NCBI GenBank assembly: GCA_039794245.1 | Contig: JBDIVS010000004.1 | Span: forward strand, 7,109 to 71,108 | DNA from: Wenzhouxiangellaceae bacterium | GTDB lineage: Bacteria; Pseudomonadota; Gammaproteobacteria; Xanthomonadales; Wenzhouxiangellaceae | Direction: 5' to 3' | Length of the DNA: 64,000 nt | Shown: positions 47,144-58,454 of the stretch, in pieces | Position numbering within the stretch: position 1 is the first letter of the stretch | Layout of the letters: each line of letters starts with the position of its first letter | Translations under genes and position numbers: made by a program | The notes under the pieces: model-generated | Told to the model about the DNA's origin: nothing | What the model saw: only the letters and a program-made list of their open reading frames with translations | Database searches by the model: none

Positions 47144-48141
47144 CCACGGTTCGCATTGCGGTAAAGCAGAAAGATGAACAACGGCGCGCCGAGCAGGGCG
47201 GTGACGACCCCGACCGGCAGTTGCCGCGGGGCGACGACGGTCCGCGCCGCCAGATCGGCCAGCATCAGGAACAGCCCGCCGAACAGCGCGGCCGCAGGCA
47301 GCAGCAGGCGGTGGTCGGCACCGCCGGCCAGGCGCATCAGGTGCGGCGCCAGAAGGCCGACAAAACCGATCGCCCCGCCGATGGTCACCGCCAGGGCCGT
47401 GGCCAGGGAGGCGGCCAGGTAGATCGACCAGGCGAGCCGCACCGGTTCCTCGCCGAGCAGTGCGGCGTGGGTTTCGCCGAGCGCCATCACATTCAGGGCG
47501 CGCGCCATCCAGGTCATCGCGGCAAGCAGGGCGGCGAATGCCAGCCACATCCAGGGCGCCGTCTCCGCCCAGCTCAGATCGCCCATCAGCCAGAACAGCA
47601 TGCCACGCAGCCGCGCTTCGGGGCCGAGGCTGAGCAGCAGGCTGATCAGCGCCCCCCAGGCCGCGGCGACCATGACCCCGGTGAGTAACAGCCGCGTGCC
47701 GTTCCAGGGGCCGCGACCGCGGGCCAGGACGAAGACCAGCACCGTTGTCACCAGCGCCCCGGCGAACGCCGCGACCGGCACCGGCAGCGCCGGTACGAAA
47801 CTCATCGCCACGAGCGCGAAGCAGGCGGCGCCGCCGCTGGCGCCGAGAATATACGGATCGGCCAGCGGATTGCGCAGCAGCACCTGCATCAGCACCCCGG
47901 CGAGCGCCAGCAGCGCCCCGGTCAGCCAGGCGGCGCCGACGCGCGGCGCCCGTACCCGCCACAGAATATCGTGCAGCGGATGGGCCGGCTGGTGCCAGGC
48001 GGACCACCACGATTCGCCGCCGGCCGTGACACTGCCGAAGGCCAGGGCGAAAAGCACGGCGAGCAGGCTGGCGACGAGCAATAGCGCGAGGATGGCGAAG
48101 CGGCGCGGGAAGCCGACCGGTAATTTCGTTAACATAAACAA
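47140..48141 (-). CDS. FecCD-family ABC permease (iron-siderophore / cobalamin / hemin type)
   Basis: 333 aa. [37 protein letters not shown], a typical BtuC/FecCD N-terminal motif. ATGA overlap with the ATPase gene. Confidence 0.88.
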   Translation of the reverse strand: MFMLTKLPVGFPRRFAILALLLVASLLAVLFALAFGSVTAGGESWWSAWHQPAHPLHDILWRVRAPRVGAAWLTGALLALAGVLMQVLLRNPLADPYILGASGGAACFALVAMSFVPALPVPVAAFAGALVTTVLVFVLARGRGPWNGTRLLLTGVMVAAAWGALISLLLSLGPEARLRGMLFWLMGDLSWAETAPWMWLAFAALLAAMTWMARALNVMALGETHAALLGEEPVRLAWSIYLAASLATALAVTIGGAIGFVGLLAPHLMRLAGGADHRLLLPAAALFGGLFLMLADLAARTVVAPRQLPVGVVTALLGAPLFIFLLYRNANRG

Positions 48142-48177
48142 ATTCTAGTCTTAACCGGGCACGACCGACGGCCAGCG

Positions 48178-48645
48178 ATGATCGACAGCGAAGGATACCG
48201 GCACAATGTCGCGATCGTCATCCAGCGGCCCGACAGGCGCGTCTTCTGGGCGCGCCGGGTGCGCGACCCGGGCTGGCAGTTTCCGCAGGGCGGCATCCGC
48301 CCCGGCGAGACGCCGGAAAAGGCGATGTATCGCGAGTTGCAGGAAGAAACCGGCCTGCGCGCCGGCTGCGTCGAGATCGTCGGCCGCACCCCGCACTGGT
48401 TGCGTTACCGCTTGCCCAAACGTTATCAGCGCCACCACCAGCAGCCGCTGTGCATCGGCCAGAAGCAGATCTGGTTTCTGCTGCGCTTTTCCGGCAGCGA
48501 CGAGCTGTTCCAGCTCGATTGCTCGGCCCCGGCCGAGTTCGCCGAATTCCGCTGGGTCGATTACTGGTACCCGCTACACCACGTCGTCCCCTTCAAACGC
48601 GGCGTTTACCGCCGCGCATTGCAGTACCTGGCGCAGTTGATGTAA
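48178..48645 (+). CDS. rppH: RNA pyrophosphohydrolase
   Basis: 155 aa. [15 protein letters not shown]..., Nudix box [22 protein letters not shown]. Confidence 0.93.
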   Translation: MIDSEGYRHNVAIVIQRPDRRVFWARRVRDPGWQFPQGGIRPGETPEKAMYRELQEETGLRAGCVEIVGRTPHWLRYRLPKRYQRHHQQPLCIGQKQIWFLLRFSGSDELFQLDCSAPAEFAEFRWVDYWYPLHHVVPFKRGVYRRALQYLAQLM

Positions 48646-48686
48646 ACGATGGCGGCCAGCCCCATTGCGCGGCCAGCCGTCGAATG

Positions 48687-48705
48687 CCACCGGCGTTGCC
48701 GGTGG
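48687..48705. terminator. Hairpin between convergent rppH and pilR (possible bidirectional terminator, no U-tract)
   Basis: CCACCGGC-gtt-GCCGGTGG, an 8-bp stem. Confidence 0.3.
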
Positions 48706-48718
48706 ATCGTGGCGGCTG

Positions 48719-50062
48719 TCACTCCAGACCGTATTTCTGCAGCTTGTAGCGCAGCGACCGGAAGGTGATGCCGAGGCGGCGGGCGGCGGCGGTTTTGTTG
48801 TACCGCGCCTCTTGCAGCGCCTGTTCGATCAATTGCCGTTCGACGTTCTCGATGTAATCTTCCAGGTTTTGCTTGCCGTCTGGCTGCATGTTCGGCACCT
48901 CGACCGGCGCCGCTTCGAGCTTAAGATCGGCGGCGCCGATCGTACCGCCTTCGCCGAGCGCCACGGCGCGCTGGATCACGTTGTACAGCTCACGGACGTT
49001 GCCGGGGAACGGGTGGGTGCGCAGCACCTGCAAGGCGTCATCGCCGAGCGTGCGCGGCGGGCCGCCCCACTGAGCGGCGATCTGTTGCAGGAGTTGGCGG
49101 GCGAGCGGTGCGATGTCCTCGGGGCGTTCGCGCAGCGGCGGCATCGTCAATTCGATGACGTTGATCCGGAAATACAAATCGGAGCGGAACTGGCCGCTTT
49201 CGACCAGCGGTTTGAGCGGTTTGTGGCTGGCGCTCAGCAGCCGGATATCGACCGGGATTTCATGCCGTGCGCCAACCGGCCGGACCGTCCGTTCCTGGAT
49301 TGCGCGCAACAGTTTGACCTGCATCGCCAGCGGCAGATCGGCCACTTCGTCTAAAAACAACGTGCCGCCGTTGGCTGCCTGGAACAGACCCTCCTTGTCG
49401 GCGGTGGCGCCGGTGAAACTGCCGCGGCGGTGGCCGAAAAACTCGCTTTCCATCAGTTCCGAGGGAATGGCGCCGCAGTTGACCGGGACGAAAGGCCCAT
49501 CGGCGCGCGGCCCGAGATCGTGGATCAGCCGCGCCGCCAGTTCCTTGCCCGAACCAGATTCGCCGCTGATCAGCACCGGTGCCTGGTTGCGCGCCAGGCG
49601 GGCGATCGTCTCGCGCACCTGGGCCATGGCCGGCGAGCGGCCGACCAGTTTTTCCTTGAGCAGTTGCTGGTCGATATCGCAATCGGCCTTAAGGCCGGCC
49701 GGCCTGAGCCTGAGTGCGGTGTTGACCAGGTTGCGCAGAATTTCCAGATTGACCGGCTTGGAGACAAAGTCGAAGGCCCCGGATTTGAGGGCCTGGACTG
49801 CGTCTTCGACCTTGCCGTAGGCGGTCAGCATTGCCACCGGTGTGTAGTTGTAGTGCTGGTTGATCTCGCGGACCAGCGAGATACCGTTGCCGTCGGGCAG
49901 GCGCATGTCGGTCAGGCAGACATCGAAGCGCTCGCGGGCCAGTGCGGCGCGCGCCTCGGCCAGATTGGCGGCGGCGGTGACCAGAAGATCCATCCGGGTC
50001 AAGGTCATTTTGAGCAGTTCGCGGATATCCGGCTCGTCGTCGACGATCAGCGCGGTACGCAT
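48719..50062 (-). CDS. pilR: Sigma-54-dependent response regulator (PilR-like, NtrC family)
   Basis: 447 aa. Receiver domain (DDEPDIR...DMRLPDG), AAA+ domain with GESGSGKE and GSFTGA, and a C-terminal Fis-type HTH. Confidence 0.85.
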   Translation of the reverse strand: MRTALIVDDEPDIRELLKMTLTRMDLLVTAAANLAEARAALARERFDVCLTDMRLPDGNGISLVREINQHYNYTPVAMLTAYGKVEDAVQALKSGAFDFVSKPVNLEILRNLVNTALRLRPAGLKADCDIDQQLLKEKLVGRSPAMAQVRETIARLARNQAPVLISGESGSGKELAARLIHDLGPRADGPFVPVNCGAIPSELMESEFFGHRRGSFTGATADKEGLFQAANGGTLFLDEVADLPLAMQVKLLRAIQERTVRPVGARHEIPVDIRLLSASHKPLKPLVESGQFRSDLYFRINVIELTMPPLRERPEDIAPLARQLLQQIAAQWGGPPRTLGDDALQVLRTHPFPGNVRELYNVIQRAVALGEGGTIGAADLKLEAAPVEVPNMQPDGKQNLEDYIENVERQLIEQALQEARYNKTAAARRLGITFRSLRYKLQKYGLE

Positions 50063-50065
50063 CGT

Positions 50066-51769
50066 TCAGGCGCTCCTGGCCGCCAGGGCGAGCGGCGCGT
50101 CGAGCGCCTCACCGCCGGTTTCGTCCTCGAGCGCGGCACGCCGCACCGTGATCCGGAAGCAGGCGCCGGCGCCGGGCTGTTCGAGGTATTCGAGCGCAGC
50201 GTGGTTGGCTTCGCTGAGTTTCTGTGCCAGGTAGAGCCCGAGCCCGGAGCCTTTCTTGTTGGTCGTGAAAAACGGCTCGAAGATATTGAGCCGTGCCTGC
50301 GGCGGGATGCCCGGGCCGTCGTCGAGGATGTCGAGCGCCACGCGCTCGCCGTCCTCGAGCAGGCCGACGCGCAACGTGATCCTGACTTCGTGGTCATCCC
50401 GGCTGCCGTGGATCAGCGCGTTTTCGGCCAGGTTCCAGACAACCTGGTGCAACTGGCTCGGGTCGGCGACGACCAGCAGTTCGCCGTCCGGCCGGTCGAT
50501 GTGCAGCCGGTCGGCGGCGAGCGATTTGCTGCGGGCGAACTCGCCGGCCAGGTCATCGAGCCAGTCGCCGAGGTCGAGCAGCTCTGGCTGCGCCTGTTCG
50601 CGGCGGGTCAGTTGCAGCACGTTTTCGACGATGTTGTTCATCCGCGCGCAATGGCCGTCGATGATCTCGATCAGGCGTTTTTCCTCGCTCGGCAGGGCCG
50701 GCGATTCGCGCAAAAGCTGCGCCGAGTGGCTGATTGCGGCCAGCGGATTGCGGATTTCGTGGGCGATCGAGGCTGAAATCCGGGCCAGGGAGCTTTGCGC
50801 CAGGTCGCGCGCCCGCCTGGAGACCACGGCGGTGTCTTCAAGAAAAATCAACGTGCCGCCGCCGCGCCGGGTCGGGAATTGCACGAAGACCGGTTCGACC
50901 GGCGTCTGGCTGTCGCCGAGTAACAGGCCGCCGCCGTCGTTTTTGCCGCCGCCATTTTTGTTCTTGCTCTGCCAATCGGCCAGCCGGGCGACCAGCGCCG
51001 GCGAGATCTGGCGCAGGTCGCCGCCGCCGGCCGGTTTGATGCCGAGCAGTTCGGCCCCGAGGCGGTTGATCTGGCGGATCTGGAAATGGTCGTCGATGAC
51101 CACGACGCCGGAACGCAGGCGGTTGATGATCAGTTCGTTGACCTGCTCCATGCTCGCCATGTCGATGCCGCGGCGGTGCGCGAGCTGGCGGCTCTGGCGG
51201 TTCCAGCGGGCGATGAACAGGCAGCCGATGGTGGTGAAAAAAGTGGCGATGCCATAGAGCCCGGCCTTGGCCAGCTCGCCGCGCGTCTCGTCGCCGGCCA
51301 GGCCGAGGAGCAGCGTCACGCCGACGATCGAGATCGTCGCCAGCGCCGCGAAAAACAGCGCGTTGCGGCCCGACAGGATCAGACCACCGATGCCGGCGGT
51401 GAACATCAGAAGCAGGCCGAGCCCGCTGTCGAGGCCGCCGAAGGCGTAGAGCAGCAACGTCACGACGATCAGGTCGGTGGCCATCGACTTGCTGGTCAGC
51501 GACTGGGCGCTCATGTGGCCGTAAACCCAGGCCAGGCCGAGACCGAGGGCGGCGATGAAATCGACGAAGGCCGCCATTCTGGCCAGTTCCAGGCTGGCGC
51601 TCGACAACTCGCTGACGATCGGCGGCGAGAGGACGACCATCATCAGGCCGGTGGCGATCACCAGCCGGAAGATGTTGAGGTAATTCAGCGCGCGGCGGGC
51701 GAATTCCTCGTCGGTCAATTGAAAAACCGGTTGTGCCATGTATGCACTCTCGCTTGCCAGCACATCCAT
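50066..51769 (-). CDS. pilS: Sensor histidine kinase (PilS-like)
   Basis: 567 aa. About 6 N-terminal TM helices, a PAS-like linker, the H-box SIAHEIRNPL, and HATPase N/G boxes. Adjacent to pilR. The start could also be M11 (51739). Confidence 0.8.
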   Translation of the reverse strand: MDVLASESAYMAQPVFQLTDEEFARRALNYLNIFRLVIATGLMMVVLSPPIVSELSSASLELARMAAFVDFIAALGLGLAWVYGHMSAQSLTSKSMATDLIVVTLLLYAFGGLDSGLGLLLMFTAGIGGLILSGRNALFFAALATISIVGVTLLLGLAGDETRGELAKAGLYGIATFFTTIGCLFIARWNRQSRQLAHRRGIDMASMEQVNELIINRLRSGVVVIDDHFQIRQINRLGAELLGIKPAGGGDLRQISPALVARLADWQSKNKNGGGKNDGGGLLLGDSQTPVEPVFVQFPTRRGGGTLIFLEDTAVVSRRARDLAQSSLARISASIAHEIRNPLAAISHSAQLLRESPALPSEEKRLIEIIDGHCARMNNIVENVLQLTRREQAQPELLDLGDWLDDLAGEFARSKSLAADRLHIDRPDGELLVVADPSQLHQVVWNLAENALIHGSRDDHEVRITLRVGLLEDGERVALDILDDGPGIPPQARLNIFEPFFTTNKKGSGLGLYLAQKLSEANHAALEYLEQPGAGACFRITVRRAALEDETGGEALDAPLALAARSA

Positions 51770-52087
51770 ATGGGTTCCTTTCCGGGGGTGGGCTGAGCGG
51801 TGCCGAACCCTCCCTGGGTGTAATCGAACCGCCGGCCGGCCGTTCTGGTAACCGCGGCGCAGGAACGATACCGCCGCCGTCCGGTGGTCCGGGCGTGACG
51901 GCGGCCGGCGGTCTGCGATTCCCGTGATTCCCGGGGCCGGGTCGCCCCGCCGCGCCGTGCTTGGCGGCTGCGGTTTGCCTGCGGGCTGGATTTATACCAG
52001 AATACACGCCCCGCCGTCTCGCCCGGCACAGTTTACCTGAACGACGATTCGAAACCGATTTTCCTCTCGACAGTCAGTGAGCATCGA

Positions 52088-53272
52088 ATGAATTTACACG
52101 AATACCAGGCCAAGGCGCTGTTCAAGCAGTATGGCATCCCGACGCCGGCGGGTGAGGTGGCGGCAAGCGCCGAAGATGCGGTGCAGGCCGCCCGGGCGCT
52201 CGGCGGCGGGCAGTGGGTGATCAAGGCCCAGGTCCACGCCGGCGGGCGTGGCAAGGCGGGTGGCGTCAAACTGGCCCACACGCCGGCCGAAGCCGGCGAG
52301 CTTGCCGGCCGTATGCTGGGCATGCACATCCAGACCTACCAGACCGGCGGCCGGGCACTGCCGGTAAACACGGTGCTGGTCGCCGAGGCTTCGGATATCG
52401 CTGCCGAGCTTTATCTCAGCGTGCTGATCGACCGCAGCCGCCGGCGGATCAGCTTCGTCGGCTCGGCCGCCGGTGGCGTCGATATCGAACAGGTGGCGGC
52501 CGCCACACCGGAGAAAATTTTCACGATCGCGATCGACCCGACCGCCGGCCTGCAGGGCTTCCAGTGCCGCCGTCTGGGCTTCGCGCTGGGTCTCAACGAG
52601 GCCCAGATCAAACAATTGACCCGCATGATGGGCGGCCTGTATCGGCTGTTCGTCGAGCGCGACCTGGCGCTGATCGAGGTCAATCCGCTGGTCATCGCCG
52701 CACCCGGCGGCGATCTGCTCGCCCTCGACGCCAAGATCAACGTCGATGACAACGCCCTATACCGCCAGGCCGACATCGCCGCCCTGCGCGACGAGAGCCA
52801 GGAAGACCCGGCCGAACTGGAAGCCGGCCGCCACGGCCTGAACTACATCACGCTCGACGGCGATATCGCCTGCATGGTCAACGGCGCCGGGCTGGCGATG
52901 GCCACGATGGACGAGATCCAGCGCCAGGGCGGGCGGCCGGCGAATTTTCTCGACGTTGGCGGCGGGGCCAACGCGGCGCGCGTCGCCGAAGCGTTCAAGA
53001 TCATCCTCGGCGCTGCGCAGGTCAAGGCGATCTTGGTCAACATTTTCGGCGGCATCGTCCGTTGCGATCTGGTCGCCGAAGGCATCGTCGCCGCGGTTCG
53101 CGAAGTCCATGTCAAGGTTCCGGTCATCGTCCGCCTCGAGGGCACCAACGTCGAGGCCGGTTACCGGCTGCTCGAGGCCAGCAGCCTGGCGATCATCACC
53201 GCCCCCGACCTCGAGCGCGGCGCCCGCCTGGCGGTCGAAGCGGCGCGCGGCGCGAATACGGCAACCGCATAA
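52088..53272 (+). CDS. sucC: Succinyl-CoA synthetase subunit beta
   Basis: 394 aa. Starts [28 protein letters not shown] motif. Confidence 0.97.
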   Translation: MNLHEYQAKALFKQYGIPTPAGEVAASAEDAVQAARALGGGQWVIKAQVHAGGRGKAGGVKLAHTPAEAGELAGRMLGMHIQTYQTGGRALPVNTVLVAEASDIAAELYLSVLIDRSRRRISFVGSAAGGVDIEQVAAATPEKIFTIAIDPTAGLQGFQCRRLGFALGLNEAQIKQLTRMMGGLYRLFVERDLALIEVNPLVIAAPGGDLLALDAKINVDDNALYRQADIAALRDESQEDPAELEAGRHGLNYITLDGDIACMVNGAGLAMATMDEIQRQGGRPANFLDVGGGANAARVAEAFKIILGAAQVKAILVNIFGGIVRCDLVAEGIVAAVREVHVKVPVIVRLEGTNVEAGYRLLEASSLAIITAPDLERGARLAVEAARGANTATA

Positions 53273-53326
53273 ATTGAACTCAACGCCGCACCTGCGGCGG
53301 CATGCCATTTCAAACGAGAAACACCG

Positions 53327-54205
53327 ATGAGCGTTTTGATCGACCGCAACACCAAAGTCATCTGCCAGGGCTTCACCGGCAGCCAGGGGACGTTTCATTC
53401 CCGCCAAGCCATCGAGTACGGCACGAAAATGGTCGGTGGCGTCACCCCCGGCAAAGGCGGCCAGACGCACCTCGGGCTGCCGGTGTTCGACACCGTGCAC
53501 GACGCGGTGGCCGCCACCGGCGCCGAGGCCAGCGTGATTTTCGTCCCGCCGCCTTATGCCGCCGACGCGATTTTCGAGGCGCTCGACGCCGGCATCGAAT
53601 TGATCGTCTGCATCACCGAAGGCATTCCGGTGCTCGATATGCTGAAAGTTAAGGCGGTGCTCGATCAGCACCCCGAGTGCCGGCTGATCGGCCCCAACTG
53701 CCCCGGCATCATCACCCCCGATGAGTGCAAGATCGGCATCATGCCCGGCCATATCCACCGCGCCGGCAACGTCGGCATCGTCTCGCGCTCCGGGACGCTG
53801 ACCTACGAGGCGGTGCACCAGACGACGCAGGCCGGGCTCGGGCAGAGCACCTGCATCGGCATCGGCGGCGACCCGCTGCAGGGGACGAATTTCATCGATT
53901 GCCTGCGGCTGTTCCAGGACGATCCTGGAACCGAGGGCATCATCATGGTCGGCGAGATCGGCGGCAGCGCCGAGGAGGAAGCCGCCGAATTCATCGCCGC
54001 CGAAGTCAAAAAGCCGGTGGTCGCCTATATCGCCGGCGTCACGGCCCCGCCCGGCAAACGGATGGGTCATGCCGGGGCGATCATCGCCCGCGGCAAAGGG
54101 ACGGCTGAGGCCAAGTTCCAGGCGCTGGAAAAAGCCGGCGCGACCACGGTGCGCACCCCGACACAACTCGGCACGGCGATGAAGACGTTGCTCGATCGCC
54201 GATGA
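53327..54205 (+). CDS. sucD: Succinyl-CoA synthetase subunit alpha
   Basis: 292 aa. [24 protein letters not shown] and MGHAGAII motifs. Confidence 0.97.
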   Translation: MSVLIDRNTKVICQGFTGSQGTFHSRQAIEYGTKMVGGVTPGKGGQTHLGLPVFDTVHDAVAATGAEASVIFVPPPYAADAIFEALDAGIELIVCITEGIPVLDMLKVKAVLDQHPECRLIGPNCPGIITPDECKIGIMPGHIHRAGNVGIVSRSGTLTYEAVHQTTQAGLGQSTCIGIGGDPLQGTNFIDCLRLFQDDPGTEGIIMVGEIGGSAEEEAAEFIAAEVKKPVVAYIAGVTAPPGKRMGHAGAIIARGKGTAEAKFQALEKAGATTVRTPTQLGTAMKTLLDRR

Positions 54206-54361
54206 AAATCAGACATACAGCTCGCCAAGACGCCATGTTCGCCCAGTTCGAATGGCCGAATGAGAAAGACAGGCAGTCGCCGGTTTCTTAGCGCGCTTTG
54301 CGCCATGGCGAGCGCGATGAATTTCAGCCCCGTTTAGGATTTGGCATCTCGAGTATCCCCG

Positions 54362-56002
54362 ATGCGCCTCGCCCTGCTGCAATTCAACCCGACGGTCGGT
54401 GACCTGGCCGGCAACGCGGCGCGCCTGGCCGCACACATCGCCGCGGCGCGCGACAAGTGGCAGGCCGACCTTGTCGTCTTTCCCGAACTTTCGCTTTGCG
54501 GTTACCCGCCCGAGGATCTTCTGCTGCGCCGCGGTTTTCTCGACGCCGCTGAACGCACCTTGCGCGACCTGGCCGGCGCCGCGACTGGCATCGCCGCGGT
54601 GGTCGGCACGCCGTGGCGCGAGTCGACAGCACTTTACAACAGCGCCGCGTGGCTGGCCGGCGGCGAAATCAGGGGCCTTTACCACAAACATTGTTTGCCG
54701 AACTACGCCGTTTTCGACGAACGGCGCTATTTTACGGCCGGCCATGCACCGCTGGTGGTACCGTGCGCCGATCTTCGGGTCGGTGTGATCGTCTGCGAAG
54801 ACGGCTGGTTCGCGGCGCCGGCGAAGCTGGCGCGCGGCGCCGGGGCCGAACTGCTGGTTGCCCCGAACGCCTCGCCATACGCGCGCGGCAAATATGCCGA
54901 GCGGCTCGCGGTGATGCAAAAACGGGTCGCCGACAACGGCATCCCGATCGCCTACTGCAACCAGGTCGGCGGCCAGGACGAACTGGTTTTCGACGGCCGT
55001 TCGTTTTTGCTCGATCGTGACGGCCGTGTGGCGCACCGCGCCGGCCACTGCCATGAAGCCTGGGTGATCGCCGAGTCCACCGCCGGCGGTAGTTGGCAAG
55101 TGCTGGCTCCGGAGGCCGCGGCCATCACCGGCGATGAAATGGACGAAGCCGAAGAAGTCGAGGCGGTGCTGGAGTTAGCACTTCGCGATTATCTCGGCAA
55201 GAACGGCTTCAGCGATGTCGTGATCGGTCTGTCGGGCGGCATCGATTCGGCTCTGACCGCGGCGCTCGCCGTCAAGACGCTCGGCGCCGGGCGTGTGCAC
55301 GGCGTGTTTATGCCGATGGCGGCAACTTCAAAACTGAGCGCCGAGCTGACCGCCGAATTGGCCGGCCTGCTCGGCATCGCCTGCGAAACGATTCCGCTGG
55401 CGGCGAGCCTCGACATGGTGCAGGGCGCGCTCGCCCCGGCGCTCGGCGAACTGGGCGACAGCGTCCCGGCGCAGAACCTTAAGGCCCGGCTGCGCGGCCT
55501 GGTGTTGATGGCGTGGTCCAACGCCCGCGGCGCACTGCTTCTGGCCACCGGCAACAAGAGCGAACTGGCGACCGGCTATTGCACTCTGTACGGCGACATG
55601 TGCGGCGGCTTCGCGCCGCTCAAGGATCTGCTGAAGACCGCGGTTTATCGCCAGGCGTCATGCATCAACCGCGTTTCGCCGATGATTCCGCGCGGCATCA
55701 TCGAGCGCCCGCCGACCGCCGAACTGGCGCCCGATCAATTCGACGAACAAGCGCTGTTGCCTTACGCCCGGCTCGATCCGATCCTCGAACGCTACGTCGA
55801 ACAGGACCAGTCGCTGGCCGAAGTGATCGCCGGCGGTTTTACCGAAGCGGAAGTACGCAAGGTGGCGCGCCTGGTCGCCGTCAACGAATACAAGCGCCGC
55901 CAGGCACCGCCCGGCCCCCGGATCAGCTCCCGCGCCTTCGGCCGCGACCGCCGCTACCCGATCACCTCCGGCTGGCGCACCGACCTGGACAGTCACCGAT
56001 AG
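54362..56002 (+). CDS. nadE: Glutamine-dependent NAD+ synthetase
   Basis: About 546 aa. An N-terminal CN-hydrolase domain (FPELSLCGYPPEDL, VCEDGW) and a C-terminal synthetase domain (GLSGGIDSA). Confidence 0.92.
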   Translation: MRLALLQFNPTVGDLAGNAARLAAHIAAARDKWQADLVVFPELSLCGYPPEDLLLRRGFLDAAERTLRDLAGAATGIAAVVGTPWRESTALYNSAAWLAGGEIRGLYHKHCLPNYAVFDERRYFTAGHAPLVVPCADLRVGVIVCEDGWFAAPAKLARGAGAELLVAPNASPYARGKYAERLAVMQKRVADNGIPIAYCNQVGGQDELVFDGRSFLLDRDGRVAHRAGHCHEAWVIAESTAGGSWQVLAPEAAAITGDEMDEAEEVEAVLELALRDYLGKNGFSDVVIGLSGGIDSALTAALAVKTLGAGRVHGVFMPMAATSKLSAELTAELAGLLGIACETIPLAASLDMVQGALAPALGELGDSVPAQNLKARLRGLVLMAWSNARGALLLATGNKSELATGYCTLYGDMCGGFAPLKDLLKTAVYRQASCINRVSPMIPRGIIERPPTAELAPDQFDEQALLPYARLDPILERYVEQDQSLAEVIAGGFTEAEVRKVARLVAVNEYKRRQAPPGPRISSRAFGRDRRYPITSGWRTDLDSHR

Positions 56003-56014
56003 GGGGATCAGCAT

Positions 56015-56404
56015 ATGAGACAGACGATTTCTTCAGGCTCGCCTTTCGAACAACGCATCGGTTTTGCCCGGGCCGTCCGGATCGGCCCTTTCGTCGCGGT
56101 CTCCGGTACCGCGCCGATCGCCCCGGATGGCGGGGTCGCATGCCCGGGCGACATTTACGGTCAGACCCGCAGATGTCTCGAGATCATCGCCCAGGCGATC
56201 GCCGGCGCCGCTCTCGGGATGTGGGACGTGATCCGCACGCGGGTGATGCTGACCGATATTTCGCGCTGGGCGGAAGCGGCCCGGGCCCATGCGGAAGTGT
56301 TCTCGGACATCTTGCCGGCCAGCACCTTCGTTGAGGTCAAGGGCTTGATCGACCGCAACTGGCTGGTTGAAGCGGAAGCGGATTGCGTTGCCGATCGGAA
56401 ATGA
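56015..56404 (+). CDS. RidA/YjgF family protein
   Basis: 129 aa. FVAVSGT...GDIYGQTRRCLEII...RTRVMLTD...VEVKGL. Confidence 0.85.
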   Translation: MRQTISSGSPFEQRIGFARAVRIGPFVAVSGTAPIAPDGGVACPGDIYGQTRRCLEIIAQAIAGAALGMWDVIRTRVMLTDISRWAEAARAHAEVFSDILPASTFVEVKGLIDRNWLVEAEADCVADRK

Positions 56405-56433
56405 TGGACGGGCAAGCTTGCCATGGCCGGCGA

Positions 56434-57021
56434 CTATAACGGCATGCTCAACACGGCAAAAACGGAATTGGCGCCGGGGTTGCGCTCGTGTACGCCGCCA
56501 TTGGAGATGTGCAGGAACTGGATGCCGACCCGGCTGCCGGCCGGCAGCAGGGCCGATCGTTCCAGGCGGTAGAGCGCGGCGAAGCCAAGTGCAAACTGAA
56601 ACACCCCGCCGAGATGCTTGCTCTGCCCATGGCTGTAACCGCCGCCGCCAACCGACGGCAGAATCACCCAATGACGGCCGAGGCGCAGATCGGCGTTAAG
56701 CCCGCCGTGACCGAACACCCCGCCGTCGGTATTGACGGCGAGCGCGGCATAAGGCGCGAAGCCGTGGAACCAGCCGCCTTCGTCACCGCCTCCGAAGTGC
56801 CACGGGGTGCGATAGGTCGCCTGAAAAATCGCCGCGTCGTTGCCCTTGTCGTTGAGATCGAATGCGCCGGCGGCGAATTCGAGATGACCGGCGTGATCGT
56901 CCTGCCGGGCGGCGGACTGCGCCCAAAGCGGGGGCGGTAAAGCGCCCAGCGCGTAAACCAGGAACACAGTGAAAACCGGGCCCGGATGAATCCCGGCGAA
57001 ACAGCGAAGGATCTTGTCCAC
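56434..57021 (-). CDS. Acyloxyacyl hydrolase (PagL-like lipid A deacylase family)
   Basis: C-terminal FLHISNGGVHERNPGANSV matches the PagL His-x-Ser-Asn region. A signal peptide follows GTG 57021. The track ORF (to 57177) probably over-extends. Confidence 0.7.
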   Translation of the reverse strand: MDKILRCFAGIHPGPVFTVFLVYALGALPPPLWAQSAARQDDHAGHLEFAAGAFDLNDKGNDAAIFQATYRTPWHFGGGDEGGWFHGFAPYAALAVNTDGGVFGHGGLNADLRLGRHWVILPSVGGGGYSHGQSKHLGGVFQFALGFAALYRLERSALLPAGSRVGIQFLHISNGGVHERNPGANSVFAVLSMPL

Positions 57022-57182
57022 CGCAAGGCACTCCAATATTCCGCCGGTGGCGGCGGAAAACAGGGACCGATGATACCAGACGTTGATGACAACGCCGGAC
57101 GGCGGGCTCGGCAGCGGCAGCACGATGATGGGATAATGACAGCGAGGCTTGCCGCTCCAGGCCGAATGAGAGGTCAACGATC

Positions 57183-58445
57183 GTGTTCGATATTCATGTC
57201 ATTTTCCGCGCCGCGGTCGTCGCGATCGGCGCGGCAGCTTACGGCGGTACGGCGGCCGAATCCGGCGGGCGGGATAGGGCCGAGTCCCGTTTAGCATCGA
57301 TGGCTCTGCCGGCCGGTCTCGCCGGTGCGCGGACACCGAACCTGCATCGCGCCGTCGATGGTGCAGTGTATCTGAGCTGGCAGCAGCCGGACGGTGACGG
57401 CGGTGAATTGCTGCGCTTTGCGAGGTGGCGCGACGGGGCGTGGTCGGCACCGCAAACGATCGCCGGCGGCCAGGACTGGTTCGTCAACTGGGCCGATTTC
57501 CCGGCCCTGGTGGCGTTGGATCAGGAGCGGCTGGCGGCCCACTGGCTGCAGCGCAGCGGGCCTGGGCGATACGACTACGATGTGCGTCTGACACTGAGTG
57601 GCGACGGCGGGCAAAGTTGGCGCCCGGCACCGGCGCTGTATGAATCAGGGGCGGCGGGTGAACACGGGTTCGTTTCGCTGCTGCCGCTCGCCGGTGGGCG
57701 CTTGCTGGCGGTTTTGTTGGATGGCAGCGCCTTTGGAGAAGGCGAGGCCGCGGCGGCGCGCACGATGCTGCGCTACGCGCTGGTCGAGCCGGCGGGAACG
57801 ATCGGCGAGCGGGGCGTGGTCGATCGCTCGACGTGCGATTGTTGCCAGACATCATTGGCCGCCACACCACTCGGGCCGCTTGCCGCGTGGCGGGCGCGCC
57901 GCGAAGGCGACATTCGCGATATTCATTTCAGCCATTACCGCGACGGCCGGTGGAGCGCGCCACGCGCCGTGGCCGATGAAAGCTGGGCCACAGCCGCCTG
58001 CCCGGTCAACGGCCCGATGCTCGCCGCACTGGACGATCAGGTCGTGCTCGCCTGGTACACCGGCGCCGACACCTCGCCCCGCGTTCGCTACGCCTGGTCG
58101 TCCGACGGCGGGCTGAACTTCGGAAGGCCATTCACGGTTGCGGCCCAAAACGGCGAAACCGTGCCGCTCGGCCGGGTGGCGGCAGCGCTGATCGGCCGCC
58201 GGCACGCCGCCGTAACCTGGCTCGAAACCACCGGATCGCAGGCCAGCCTCCTGCTGCAGGTCGTCGGCCCGGAAGGCCCCGTATCGCCGCCCAGCATCGT
58301 CGCCGAATTAGCGCCCGGCCGCGACAGCGGCTTTCCGCGCCTGGTCAGGCTCGACGAGGCGAGCCTGCTCATCGCCTGGACCGCCCGCGATCGCGAGGCC
58401 GGCATCGAACTCAAGCGCCTTATGCTGGACGAATCATCCCCCTGA
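57183..58445 (+). CDS. BNR/Asp-box repeat (sialidase-fold) protein
   Basis: 420 aa. Asp-boxes SGDGGQSW and SSDGGLNF. N-terminal hydrophobic leader. GTG start. Confidence 0.7.
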   Translation: MFDIHVIFRAAVVAIGAAAYGGTAAESGGRDRAESRLASMALPAGLAGARTPNLHRAVDGAVYLSWQQPDGDGGELLRFARWRDGAWSAPQTIAGGQDWFVNWADFPALVALDQERLAAHWLQRSGPGRYDYDVRLTLSGDGGQSWRPAPALYESGAAGEHGFVSLLPLAGGRLLAVLLDGSAFGEGEAAAARTMLRYALVEPAGTIGERGVVDRSTCDCCQTSLAATPLGPLAAWRARREGDIRDIHFSHYRDGRWSAPRAVADESWATAACPVNGPMLAALDDQVVLAWYTGADTSPRVRYAWSSDGGLNFGRPFTVAAQNGETVPLGRVAAALIGRRHAAVTWLETTGSQASLLLQVVGPEGPVSPPSIVAELAPGRDSGFPRLVRLDEASLLIAWTARDREAGIELKRLMLDESSP

Positions 58446-58454
58446 AACGGCTTA

